DNA of 63,576 nucleotides, the filler included, from Folioceros fuciformis (taxonomy: Eukaryota), in NCBI GenBank assembly GCA_049999805.1. It is 9 parts of 9 records of this genome, joined end to end, with 100 filler letters (N's around TTAATTAATTAA, not from the genome) between each part and the next. Parts side by side here need not be neighbours in the genome. Positions count along the whole stretch, not along the records: positions 1 to 18,890 come from JBNGIO010001442.1; 8 more parts are not named here. The stretch is one strand, 5' to 3'. This document shows positions 1 through 12,256 of the stretch, in pieces. Position 1 is the stretch's first letter, and every line of letters begins with the position of its first letter. The notes below the pieces were generated by a model, which saw only the letters and a list, made by a program, of their open reading frames with translations, made no database searches and was not told where the DNA came from. The position numbers were made by a program, and so were the translations under genes.

Positions 1-182
1 CAGGGCAGGGCGTGGCCGGGCAAGGCCGGGCAGGGCAGCGCAGGGCCGGGCAGGGCAGCACAGGGCCGGGCAGGGCAGGGCGTGGCCGGGCAGGGCCGGG
101 CACAGCAGGCAGGGCCGGGCACATCAGGGCAGGGCCGGGCACAGCAGGGCAGGGCCGGGCAGCGCAGGGCCGGGCAGGGGAG
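1..182. repeat. GC-rich pentamer-based low-complexity repeat (CAGGG/CCGGG mosaic)
   Basis: Runs of cagggcaggg/gccggg/cacagcaggg. The reverse-complement form (gccctgcgct gccctgcccg) starts the next contig at 18991. Confidence 0.9.
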
Positions 183-2049
183 AGGAGAGAGGGGAGGAGT
201 GGAGATGGGTTATCCAGTCCCAGACTGGGATGCTGCTTATTATAGTTATATTCCGTCTTTACTGAAATGTAATAAAAAGAGTAAAGCCTTGGGGTTTGGT
301 ATGCGTACGGAGGCACATGATTGGAGGTCAGGGCACGGGATGGATGTACATGTACCATGTAGTGCATAGCGCTTTCTTTCTCCATCTTATTCTCTTTTCT
401 GCCCGGCCTGGAGCCTGAGCTCTGCGGACTGGCTGGCTACCCAGTCAAGCCGGTCATCATTGGGGCCACTCAACGCGGTCAAAGAAGCAGTCCACCCCAC
501 CCCTTGACCCCTCCTCTATACTCGCCGTGTGAAACCGGCTCCCTGCGGCCTGCATTGCGTGAACGGGACATTACAGAGCCAGACAAAACTGGTGACGTCG
601 CTTCCGGCACGCGCATTTATTGTCGCCAGACGGAAAATGCGATTGCCCATGCCTTAGCTGCCGCCGTGTCACCACCCCGCTGCAAGCATGCGTTTCCTTC
701 TCGCTGCGTCGCACGTGCCGCGTATGAAACGGGGCCATGGTGGGGCGTGGGAAGTGACGGAACGGGACGGGACGGGACGGGGCTGGCGTGGAAGGACGCC
801 TGCCCTGCTGTGTCCGACCCGGCCCGGCCCCGCCTCGTCCCGTCCTGCTGGCGTAAAGCGGATTAAAGAGAGCGCAGCTCTGGGTGGGCTGTCCGATGTC
901 CATGCAGCCAGCTAGCCGTTCCGTTGGCATTACGCCGCTTTCCGTTACGGACTGCTGCTCTCACAAGCTTCCCTTCTGTCACGGAACGTGGACGTGCTGG
1001 CCGCGCTCCTCACATTACGTTACGTGTGCTCCGTGACGACCCGACAAATCCACATCTTGAGATCAGCCCTGCAGGATGCAGGGTGCTGGACGCAGGAGCA
1101 GCCTGGGATGACGACTGCCTCGTTCTTGTGAAGTGGGGAGTCGTCTTCGATGCCGACTCTTCTTGCTTCTGTCTGGATAGCAGCTGGATTTGTTGCTCCT
1201 GCTTTGGCCTTAGAATTTACCCTCCCTTGTTACCCTACCCCACGCTACGCTACGCTACCCTACCCTACCCTCGTGCAAATCAAGCCAAGCCAAGGCTATC
1301 TGTTCCATCTTCCGCACCTACCCACACATTTCTGTCGCGCTTTCGGGAGTAGGCTAGTGACAAAGGTTTGCTACAGTGTCTTGGAGTGGCCACTTGTCTC
1401 TTGATTACCGCGTCCTGCAGGAAGAAAGGTTTGGGAGCAGATGTTTGTGGTTGGTTGAAAGAAGAGGCGGGTGGTACGGCCAGGCGGGTGGAACGCTAGC
1501 CAATGGCAGCAGGTGGTTGGGATGACATCGCCAAAGCCTAGTTGCACTGAGCGGATACACCCAACACTTGGATAGGATATGTGGAACGGACCCATGCTTC
1601 TGGATCTAATAAAAAATCCGCTTCCTTTCAGTAGCACTGTTTAGAGAGGCGCTGGAGTAGCGCGTGTGTCGGTCCTGGCCCGGAGGACGTGAATTAGCCG
1701 CAGCGGCAGCGGCAGAGGCAGCAACAGCAGCAGGAGCAGCAGCTTCCGCCAATCCAGGGCCGCAGCTCAGGTACAGCCTGGTCTCGGGGAACATGAACAG
1801 GTGGGTGTTGGGCTTGGCCCTTTCCCGGCCTCCGCTGCTTGGGATTCCCTGTTTTTGTTTCTGTTTGCGCTACCACTCCAAATCTCCTTCCTCGATTACT
1901 CGCTTACCCACATAGGATGTACACAAGCAGTATGAAAGTGTTTGTGTTTCAGCAGAAGCTGCAGGTAGTTGGCGGATTCCGAGACACACAGGTGTGATGA
2001 TGGCCGACGCCGGATTTGGAGGCACACGGGGCTCCACCCGACCGATCAG

Positions 2050-2105
2050 AGGAAGAAAGGAAGAAAGGAAGAAAGGAAGAAAGGAAGAAAGGAAGAAAGG
2101 AAGGA
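2050..2105. repeat. Purine-only simple repeat (GGAAGAAA)n
   Basis: About 6 consecutive ggaagaaa units. Confidence 0.85.
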
Positions 2106-4827
2106 GGCCTGAGGTACTGGCGTCGCTTTGTGGGCGATCATTTCACTGCGCTGGGCTAGGCAGGCCTTACCTTGGCCTGGGCCAGAGGGAGACACTTTTT
2201 AGTGTGACTCTTGGGTCCCGGGATTGTGGGCTTGTGGGATTCCCAACTCAGAAATGGTCTGGAAGCCCTCTATTTTTGTAGGTAGGGTACAGCCCAGCCT
2301 TGCCTTGCCTTGCCTTAGCTTTTGCCTCCGGTTGGCTTGCCTTGCCTGGAGCTGCAGCTGGAGTGATATCAAAAAGGTACTGCATTGGATTGTGGAGTGG
2401 CAACGATTGGTTGCAAGTTGCAAGTGCAGGGTAGAGGCAAACAGAGGGAAGGAGGGTCCACCATTAGAGCGGCACGGCGGCTGTAATGCAAAAGCATGGC
2501 GCACTGCTGCATGTCTGCTCGTCTTTGCCCTTTTGTTGGAGAGAGGAGGGATTAGAACGCATCATTGGATGAGCTTGTTTACGAGAGCGTCGGCCCCACG
2601 ACGGGGCCCGTGGATGATTACGGGACCCACTCTGTGCCCCGTGCCACCTTCCCCTTTCGTTCCTTCTTTCCTGCCCCAGTTCTGATGCTGCTGCAGGTTG
2701 CTTGCACACTGGTGCAGTGCAGTACGTAACGTTTGCCGGGTCCCGCATCGACCCAGGCCTGCCCTGGCGGAAGGTGGAAAGGACCCTTCGGTTGGTTGCT
2801 AGTGGCGCATTGCTGGGGACAAAAACAGCCCAGCCAATCCCCAGGCGCTGGACTATCTGACGGGACGGCCCCTCCCGCCCCCCCTCGTCCCGTGATCAAA
2901 ACGCCGCTTCACCTTCATCCATCCCCGTCGCAGCAAAACAGCTACACCTTCACGTCCGTCACGCCGCTGCCTGTGTCCCACCCTATCTATTCTCTCTGCT
3001 GGCTACAACGCCTTCCATCGACCCTTCCTTTCACACAGTTCCGTTCAGGTAGTTTAATCGGATGCGTGTTGAACGCCGAGCCGGGTCGGGCCAAAGAAGG
3101 AGGTTCGATGGTAGTGGCCAAAACCCCCAACCGTCTTTCCTCCAAAGTGCGCCAAGCCAGGTTAAGCTAGGCCAGGCTAGGCCAGGCCAGGCCCGCCCCA
3201 GCCCAGGCCATGTCCCTTCTCCAACGCCAAGCCATAAAAACTAGCTAGCCCTAGCCCTTTGGGAGAAAGAGAGGTCGGAATCATGGACATATATGACGTG
3301 ATAAATGACAAAGCAGGTGGCAGGGAGGAGCAGGGAGCTACAGAGGAAGTACGTGGGGAGCGGACAGGGTCCAGGTCGGAGGCTGTGGGGAACGGGATGG
3401 GGTTGCGTCTGACAGGAAGGTGGGCGGAGTCACAAGGTGCCCGGAGCAAAAGGCCTTCGGAACGGTCCCAACACCTGGCCGCCCTGTCCCGTTACGCCCT
3501 CCTGCTCTGCTCTGCTCCTGCTGGTGCTGCTAAAACTGGCGCGCGTGCTGGGGGTGGGAGGGGGTGAGGGGAATCTGCCTCGAGGGCCGAGAACAACAGA
3601 AGTCCCCAAATTCGGGCAGGTGGCATCGCATCCCCACTCCATCCTCTCCTGCACTGGGGACTGGGAGCAGAGCACAGCAGCGTAGGGTAGCGCAGCGGAT
3701 GGCCACAAATGGGCTGGACTCGCTCGGTGCGCACAACAGCAGAGGCAGCTTGGAATCTGCTGCAGCGGGTTCCCGGCGGGTGGGGTGGAGGGGTACCTTT
3801 ACACAGTATCCACCCCCCGCTGCCACTTTCCACCGCGTCGCTCTGCACTCTGTACCCAGCGCTGCCCCTGTTGGTTGGCTGTGAGGGGAGCCCTTGGATA
3901 TTTGGCTATTTCCAACCTTGCACAAACAAACCATGGACGCAGGCAGTCTCCAGTTGCTTGCGGCAGTCGAAGCTGTTCTTCCCCTGACACATCCAACAAC
4001 TCTATGTAGCGGCAACAGCACCAACAGCAGCAGCGCAACAGCAGCACAAAGGGTCAAGCAGCGGTAACAACAAGGGCAACTGTAGCCGCAGTAGCAGAGC
4101 TGCTGGTGCAGAGCGCACACCACCACTCCACCTCCCACGGTTGTGTACTGCCTGAACAACTTTGCGCCATGCAAACAAAGCAAAACAACGCAAAACTAGG
4201 CAACGGGGACGGGCCACGGCCCCGGCCCCGGCCTCCGGCTCAGGCTCAGGCTCGGGCCCAGGACTGGCCTGGACTGGACGGGACTGGACTGCTGCAGGCC
4301 TGCTGCAGTCGTGTGCAGCCGCAGGAGGCAACGTGTGCAGGAGGGAAATCCCCGGCTCCCCTGCAGCTGCAGCTGCCACCGGCACGCCTTGCAACCTGCC
4401 TGGACTGCTGCCGACTGCCCCTCTCCTCGGGCTCCGCGGCAGCCCTTTGACTGCTTTCCAGATCAGCCACCACTCTGGTGCATGCACGAGCTGGGAAACA
4501 CTCATCGCCCAGCAACCACGCTTCCTTTTACGTGTACAAAAGAATACACAACTTAGCGAAGAACCATGCACCTGTCCGTCCCTCCGCACTCCTACATACG
4601 TAGATTAGTATACACTAAAAGATCAGCTGCACCTCTTCCACGCCGAGACGCCCGGAATGCGGTTGCATCTTTGGGCTCTGCGCTCTGCTGGTTCTGCGCT
4701 CTGCTAGCTCTGCTCTGCTGGGCTTTGCTTTTACTTCGCTTTGCGCTCCTGTAACAGAAAGATGCGCAAGATGCTGCCTGCCTGCAACTCTGGTCCACGG
4801 AATATATACACAAACACGTTCAAACTA

Positions 4828-7800
4828 CTAGTAGGAGCCCACAGCCCAGACCCGCCGCTCCTGGAACGGCGTCCAGCGGTAGGGCAGCGGGAGGTTAGGC
4901 CCTCCCCCTACCCTTTCCTCCATGGACGGCAGGCTCGTCAGAGCCTCTTCAATGCACTGGTCTGAGAGCGTTGCCGTGCCGTGGGGGTAGTCGTGGCACG
5001 AACGGTCTGGCTCCAAGCCACCCCTGCGGCCAGGTCATGTCCAACAAAACCGAAGCATCAGCTCAGACACCACCCGGACACACAAACCAACCTTCTCATA
5101 CCAATCGTTTTGTCCCCTTGCGTAGGGTTCGGTGCTGGAAAGCTTACTGCCTGGAGATGTCGTAGCGGGAAGGCGTTAAATACTTGGCCACTGTCAGCTT
5201 CAGCCCGCTGCCATCGTCCATCGGGAAGTAGTACTGTGCGTGATGCACGGTAGCCGATTAGTAGCAACAACATGCCACAACAGCGTTCAAACTTCTGGAA
5301 TGCAACACGATGCAACCTGGAATGGTCTGGATACACACCACATCAACTTCACCTTCACTGCATGACACCACTGACCTGCACAACGCCTTTTCCAAAAGTT
5401 CTCTCACCAACTGTAACCACTCTATGATTGTCGTGTAGAGCTCCTGTCAGAACCTGCATCCAGCAGAATGAATGTGGTTAGAATACGAAAAGCGACGCTC
5501 TGGAGATAGCCTTCATTGGAGGATTACGATCCACATGACTTGGGCCAACTGGCTACCTCGCTTGCACTAGCGCTGCTGCGGTTCGTGATCACGACTAGTG
5601 GAGCATGCGACAGCACTCCTGGATGCCTAGAAAAAATTTCTCGCTGCGTGCGGTCACGTGAATGGTTCCGGATCAGAACATTGACATTTGACCCCAGTCT
5701 TGCACACACTTAAGCCGAAACCGGCTGAACAGCAAAGCTTTGAACGAAGATAACCAACCGGAAGCTTTCCCGCAGTGTACACGAGGTCTTCGATGTCCGC
5801 CACGTTGCTCCGGACCGTTTCTGCTACATCGCAGTTCTCGCAGTCCAGCCACAGAGCCTGTTGCAGAGGAGCACATTCCATTCAGCTTCCATCTTGCAAG
5901 AAAACCAATGGACCGAAAGCAAACATGGTAACCAAGATGCTAGAAATGAGAAAGCAAAGCAGGAGCTATCTGTCTCACAGCCATGGCTATAGCTTCCTCA
6001 AACACGCCGCCAGGATTGTTCCGCAAGTCTAAAACTGCAGCACAGGAGAACATGTAAATGGATACGTGCTCTGGAGCGAGAGAAGGAATGCATGGCAAGA
6101 CATGTGTGCGCACAGGCCAGGAAAGAAACCTACTGTAGCCATCCACGCCGAGAGCTTCTCCTTCTCTGATCGCAGCTGCCATTTGCTTGGTGCCTTCGTG
6201 CGTAAAATAGTGTAGTCTGATGTAAGCCACAAGCTGGCCGGCTCCTGCATCCAATAGTTTCATCTTCAGGGGTGGTAAAGGCAGGGGTCGCCTTTCTATT
6301 TGTAGCGTGCGCACCCCTGTCGGTCCTCCCACCTCTACTTCAACCTGAACAAGATCAGTCAGAGCACTTCACGGTTGCATCCATACTAGCAATCCAGGGA
6401 ATCAGTTTGGCTGCGAAAGTGTTCTGAGCCTCTAAAGTTGAACCAAGCCATGGAATAGATAACAAATGCAGATTGTATTGAAGAAGTGCCGACTGCAAAG
6501 ACGATTACTCACTGTCGAGCCGATGGGGCCTCGCAAGAATGCCACAACTTCTCCCTTGGTGAAAGAACCCAGTTCCAAGCCGTCCACACTCAATAACTGT
6601 TCTCCTGCCAAGATGCCAGCCTGCAGTGGATCATGTCGACCTCAGCGCTTAGAAGCAGGAACAACCAACGGCGTTTAGACACTGTGTTTCTGGCTTCACC
6701 TCCTCAGCTGGAGACCCAGCAAAGGGTGCCACAATTGCGAAGCCACTTGAGGTTCGCCTTCCAAGCTGCAAACAATCCAAGGAACTGGAGCATGAGACTT
6801 GAGTCTTGCCTACAAACATGGAGAAACCATAAGCAACTATTACTCACCTCTACACCAATGCCAATATATTGGTACGCAAGATACTTCAGTTCAGAAGGAA
6901 TTGGTCTATGAAGAGCGAGCCGATACTCGAAAGGATTCAGAAACGAGCTGTACTTGTCACCAAGGTTTGCAACCATGCCCTTTGCCGCTTTATACCTGCA
7001 AGCCCAGCTTAGATACGTGTTGCCAGCGTCCTCCAGGGTCAGAAGTTAATCAAAATTATCTCCGCTGTGCGAGACCTTACGCTTCGGTTTTTGTATGCAA
7101 AAGCCCTCCAGCTCCTCGTAGTGCCCGATACAACTCCCCTGCCCATTGAGACTGAGAGAAACTGCATACAAACATCAGGGAACATTTATGGGAAGCTTGA
7201 GCACAGAAGCATACAAGAGAACACGTTTCCAGTTCAAAGTTCGACGTCATCACCTGCCATCCTGATCATAGTACTCCTGCAGTAGGTCGATATGCGGACA
7301 CGGGGAGATCAAAGCAGCCAGACTTCAGAACACTTCACCCAAAATCTAGCCAGAACCTCGAAAGGTTTTTGGGTGCCATCACTACATGCATGCCAAGCGA
7401 CACCTCGAGGCTCAGCAGCAGGCTGGCCACATATCCAACATGCAAACATACGCAGAGTGCCTTGCTCCCACACAGGATTGACACGCCCAAGCAACAGAAG
7501 CAATTGGCTGGCAACTGGTTCAAGACTATCTGCTCGACCTCACGAATTATGGAGCACACCATCCGAATCTCAGACACGCATAACGCAACAGCATGGGTCA
7601 AAGAAAGAAATAGTACATTTGACACCGTCTGCCACACCTGCTCTAGCAACCTGCATCAGTCCACCAAAATCTTGTAACCCCGAAAAGACACAATGCAAAG
7701 GAAGATGAAATAACACAACAACATTCAACCAAATGCCACAAACCTACGATTGCGTACGCAATCCTTGCACTTGGCCTCCTGATCTTCCAAACTATCAATG

Positions 7801-8519
7801 TACTTATTATACTGCTGCAGCCTCATCATCCCCATCCAGGCATCACGTGTGAACATCTCTTGCATCCCCTCCCTTCTGTCCCGCAGTCCAGCCACAATTT
7901 CCCCGTAATTCATGCCCCCAAGACTCTCACTTTCCCATTCCCGGATCCCAAACTCCGGACCAGGAACCCGGTAGTGCAACCCAGGTTCATGAAACAGCGT
8001 CCTCTTGTACCTCGGCAGAACAGGAAACGCTGCCACCTCCCTCTGCAATCCGCTCTGTCCTACTTCACCATCAGCATCACGCACCCCAGTGTCCATACAG
8101 AGTGGTAACGGCAGGTTAACGCTGCTCCAATCTGTCAGAGCCACAAGGGGGGGAGCCCCAGCAGCTCCGTAAGGCCCACCTGCCTGGCACACACCATTCT
8201 CACGACCAGGACCTGCCCACATAACCCCCGCATCGGCCCCGCTACTCACGCAAACCACCACGCATCCAAATACACCCACCAACTGCGACACAAGGACCGA
8301 AATCTGACTCCCCGCTTCATTGGGCTCCTCCGCACCCAGCTCCGCTACAGCAGGCTTCGACTTCAGATCTCCATTCCCCAAGACCCTCTTCAGAATCCGT
8401 ATCTGCGAACGGCTCTGCAGCAGGCAGCGTGAGCGAAGATTCTGCCGGAGGACTAGAACATCCGGCCCACGATACTCTAACCGGCCCCAACCTCCCAAGG
8501 AGACCTGGTGCCGCAACAT
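4828..8519 (-). CDS. Carboxy-terminal processing peptidase (CtpA-like, peptidase S41A with PDZ domain), ~14 exons, long N-terminal extension
   Basis: Manual splicing at GT-AG sites gives, in order: exon 8519-7744; LLEQVWQTVSN (7650-7617); EYYDQ (7276-7254); MVANLGDKYSSFL...IGIGVE (ends 6848); PDZ IVAPFAGSPAEE/AGILAGEQLLSVDG...LRGPIGSTV; VAYIRLHYFT; VLDLRNNPGG; LVVITNRSSASASE (catalytic Ser); VLTGALHDN...GERTFGKGVVQ (5453-5376, catalytic Lys); DGSGLKLTVAKYLTPSRYDI; GGLEPD; stop at 4828. The start codon is the least certain part. Confidence 0.9.
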
Positions 8520-8768
8520 GGACCCAGTGTAAGGAATCAGACCTTACCGTCGGGACCCTGCAAATCTTTCACCTGGACAGCACGTCATGTGAGAAATCCG
8601 AATTGTCGCCAGCAAGCTACGAGCTCGGGGAGAAAATTTCAGTCACGAAGCATCACCAAGCATACCAAACTCTCTACTGTACAGAGAGCGTGGGTGCTGA
8701 ATCCTCGGAGGGGTGGTGTCAGCTTTGTGCTGTTTCATGGAAATGAGGTACCTGAGACTCGCAGACGG

Positions 8769-8812
8769 ATGAGAATCAGAGTGCTCGGAGACCGATGCAC
8801 TCTGATTCTCAT
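8769..8812. repeat. Near-perfect inverted repeat/hairpin (16-bp perfect stem + 4 bp)
   Basis: ATGAGAATCAGAGTGC (8769-8784) is the exact reverse complement of GCACTCTGATTCTCAT (8797-8812). Inner TCGG/CCGA also pair. Confidence 0.9.
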
Positions 8813-9751
8813 GGGTAAGAACCGAATGGGTAAGATGTGGACCTGAGGAGGTGGCCGGTCGCCGCTTGTCGAATACATTGACCCACTACAGAATACACGC
8901 AGCCCAATACATATACGAGCCGACTTTGTCCAAACCATCCTTTCGTAAGTTCAGACGACGTAAGCATACGAATCCTGAGCTGTTGTGAGGCTCGCGAGTC
9001 GTGAAACTGGACTGGAGCAATGGAGGTGTATAGAGCAAGCACTGAGGACGACCAGGTTAACGGAGAAAGTAAACCGCCATACAAGCTCCCATTTTCATTC
9101 CTCGGACAGACCTTCCACATCTACAAGTCCCGATAATTCTTGGCTTGGGTGGGGTGAAACCCAACAAAACCCCATAAACAAACCAGCCCCACAGCAAACA
9201 TGGACAGACCAATCACGCAGCCCACCCCCTCAGTCAGGTCCAGGCATCTGATAGTCCAACCTTACTCCCTGGCGGAATCTATCAGCTGAATGACGAAGCA
9301 TATTGCGTCCTCATCAGGATCAGCACATCAATGTCATGGTCATCATCCAGCTTCAAGGGAGGACAAAAAGAAGACACAAAACAGTCCGCATCCCTGGAGC
9401 CTGATGAAAATCTTGGCCAGACATTACTACCCAAGCACCGAACAAGCACCCGACGAGCAAACGATACCAAATGACAAACAAAGCCGAGCTGTCACCGTAC
9501 GAATCCTGACTGTGAAATAGCCCAGGTCGTCATGAAGAAGCCCGAAGGAAGAGGGTTCATATTGCTAGAATTGAAGTGCTTTGCAGCAGGACACACGAAG
9601 AGATAATTAAAATATGAACACAGCTACATGCGGGAGCCTGTCACTGCGGATCCCCGAGACATGAAGGTCCAAAAAATGTTTCCAACCTGGCTACCCTCGT
9701 CCTAAATCAGGTTTAGGGTTCCCTCAAGCACAAGCCACACCGAGGGTTCCT

Positions 9752-10572
9752 TCACGCACCAGCCACGCTGATGCGCCCAGCAACTTGGTCGAGATCCCTT
9801 TGTCCGTTCGAAGTGATACGCCTTCCTCTGTAGAAAGCGAACATGAGAAGCCATGACCCTAAACCCTACACCCCAAAAACCTGAAGAAACACGGAGAAAA
9901 GAGAGTACAGAAATGCTAACCCCTTCGGATCCTTTTCGATGATGTCCAAGATCTCCAGCTGCTTCAAAATATTCCTGGCTATGGAGCCGCTGCTCCTAGC
10001 GAAGTGCGACGGCCTTACACCGTTGCTCTTGCGTCCGCCATAGATCTTGCGGAAGGCACCAACCCCAATTCCATGTCGCAAGTAAATCTTCCTGGCCATA
10101 GAGGCTGTTCAAGCCAGCAGTACAGAGCCAAAGTTTAGGGTTAGAACAGGCAAACTAGACACACGCTTCCTTCTGTTAATCGGCAGAACTAAATTCTTGG
10201 TACAAGGGACAAGTTCACAGGTGCAGCGGAACTTCCCGCAACTGGGAATCCAAGACAAACAGAAAATCAACGCTTTCAACGTACCAGCCCTGACGTAGTA
10301 CCAATCAGGATCATACGGTGCCAACTCTTTGAAGGAGGCAGTTTTCACAATATCCACCCAATCGGGCACATTGATCTACAACAAAAAGTAAGACAACACC
10401 ACATCAGAACAAAGCTGGCACAGCTGCCCGCAACCATCGCAGCTCGAAGCAACATGCAGGCAGGGAATCGCGAAAGTGAAGCTACCTTGCCCGAGCGCTT
10501 CAAATGGGCAGCGTAAGCGACAACAAATTCATGCGAGGACACATCTTTTACGGTCTTCGCGGTGGCCGCCAT
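9752..10572 (-). CDS. RPS19: 40S ribosomal protein S19 (eS19), 4 coding exons, 145 aa
   Basis: Exons 10572-10486, 10375-10285, 10104-9921 and 9827-9752 total 438 nt, in frame, all GT-AG. Translation: [69 protein letters not shown]...[20 protein letters not shown]. Confidence 0.98.
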
Positions 10573-11330
10573 GGCTGGAAAGAAACAGCTCTCACCGAAC
10601 TCAATATGATCAAGGATACGTTCACGACGCCATAGGGTGACAAGTATATATAGGCAACGACCAGCGATACAGATAATTAGGGCTACTAATTACGGAAATA
10701 ACATATACACCACCGAAACCGAAATTTAGGGCTACCTATAGTAATTGTTGTTTGTTTCTATTTCTTCCTCCTCCTCCTCCCTTCTCCTCCTTTAGTAGCA
10801 AGCGTGTGGGATGATGAGCTCTAGCCAAAGCCGAGAGGGCCGTCCTATTCGCGGCACTGTTCGATCAGGTCTGTGAATCGAGCACTGTTCCGAGCTTTCG
10901 GAATCGCTCGTTGCTTTGCTCGCTTGCCGAGGTGCAGCTCGGGCTAATGGAACATGGAGCCGTGTCTCCATCGACTGGTCTTGAGATGTCTCGATGTAGG
11001 CGGGTTCGCAACCGAAGCTTTGAGCCGAAAGCAAGTGCCTTCTCGGACTGTGCTCCCTCAGTGCTGCTGGACAGGCATTCTGTGACGAGCTTGGTAACCG
11101 AGAATCTTTCTCTGACCACGTCGCTTCTATCTGTAGTTTAAAGCTTTCTTGGAATGGACTAGTTCTCGATCGTGTAGCTTCATGATAAAGAACGACAACG
11201 CTCGAAGGGTTGACCAGTGCCGTGAAGGCTCTGGCCAGAGAAGATGCTCTAGGAGGGGGTTTGGTGCCCTAGCCAACTCTGTCTGTGTTAGCTTACAGGT
11301 GAAAGTAAGGTAACTGCTGCATTACGCTTT

Positions 11331-11716
11331 TTGGATGATGTGGCTTGCGTGGAATGAAGTGGCTTAGACTGTTGATTGAAGTGGCTTGCGTGGGCATCGG
11401 GATGAAGTGGTTTGGTCAGGCCTCGGGATGAAGTGGCTTAGGCTGTGGAATGAAGTGGCTTAGGCTGTGGAATGAAGTGGCTTAGGCTGTTGAATGAAGT
11501 GGCTTGCTTAGGCATCGGGATGAAGTGGCTTGCTTAGGCATCGGTATGAAGTGGCTTGCTTAGGCATCGGGATGAAGTGGTTTGGTTAGGCCTCTGGATG
11601 AAGTGGCTTAGGCTTTGGGCTGAAGTGGCTTACGCTTTGGGATGAAGCGGCCTACGCCTTCGGATTAAGTAGCTGGGTCTTTAAGACCAAGTAGCTTAGC
11701 TTTGAGATGAAGTGGC
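11331..11716 (+). repeat. Minisatellite of mixed 22/26-bp units, core GATGAAGTGG(C/T)TT
   Basis: tgaagtgg recurs at 11403, 11429, 11451, 11473, 11495, 11521, 11547, 11573 and onward. About 15 copies, degenerating at both ends. Confidence 0.92.
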
Positions 11717-11897
11717 GCGTTCAAAATCCCTCTACAAGTGTAAGGATGCTCATCCAAAAAAATTCGCAAAAGTAGGAGCATGCCTATGAAAAATTCCGCG
11801 CTATGAATTTATGGAGAAGAGTTCATAAGCTGCAACATTCACAACACTTGCAACTTGCCTTGTCCTCCATACAGTCCTGCTGAGTTCCTAACCAGCC

Positions 11898-11962
11898 AGT
11901 GATCTGAGATTGCAACTAGCGATTTATCTGAGATCGTAACTAGCGAGTGATCTGAGATCGTG
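11898..11962 (+). repeat. Short tandem repeat, ~3 copies of (G)ATCTGAGAT(C/T)G(C/T)AACTAGCGA
   Basis: gatctgagattgcaactagcga / atctgagatcgtaactagcga / gatctgagatcgtg. Confidence 0.75.
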
Positions 11963-12256
11963 ATGCCCGGCAGCCATAGCATAGAACTTACGAGCTGGTT
12001 ATCTAAACCTTGGGATTAGATAGATATGTATGCACAAAGTTGTGACGCCTGCTCACCAGCACCTTTTGTGTGATATACTGCACGTATCTCGGTATGTGCT
12101 CTGAAGATTGATTCCATTAACTCCAAGGAGCAATATTAGTCGGATATAAAAATAGTATCAGTTTCGAATGTTATTGGTATAGGTAGAAGGAGTTTGACAA
12201 GTAGCGTTCAGGCGGAAGGAGAGGAGAGACTGGGCGAGGTTGTCGGCTACGCAGCG

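Noticed and set aside
2320-2442. Possible miRNA hairpin (TTTGCCTC...GAGGCAAA; weak miR530/1030-like words)
   Set aside because: Pairing is patchy and driven by CTTGC/GCAAG simple repeats, with no good match to a mature miRNA.
3200-3244. RPSPGHVPSPTPSH, superficially CEP/CLE peptide-like
   Set aside because: No signal peptide, poor fit to the consensus, and derived from an AGGCC repeat tract.
10575-10619. GTATCCTT (U12 donor consensus) on the minus strand upstream of the RPS19 ATG
   Set aside because: Only ~45 nt from the acceptor at 10575, too short for an intron; probably chance.
11331-11716. CRISPR-like array (constant core with variable intervening sequence)
   Set aside because: Units are only 22-26 bp and the 'spacers' are related to each other. 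No cas genes, eukaryotic context: it is a minisatellite.
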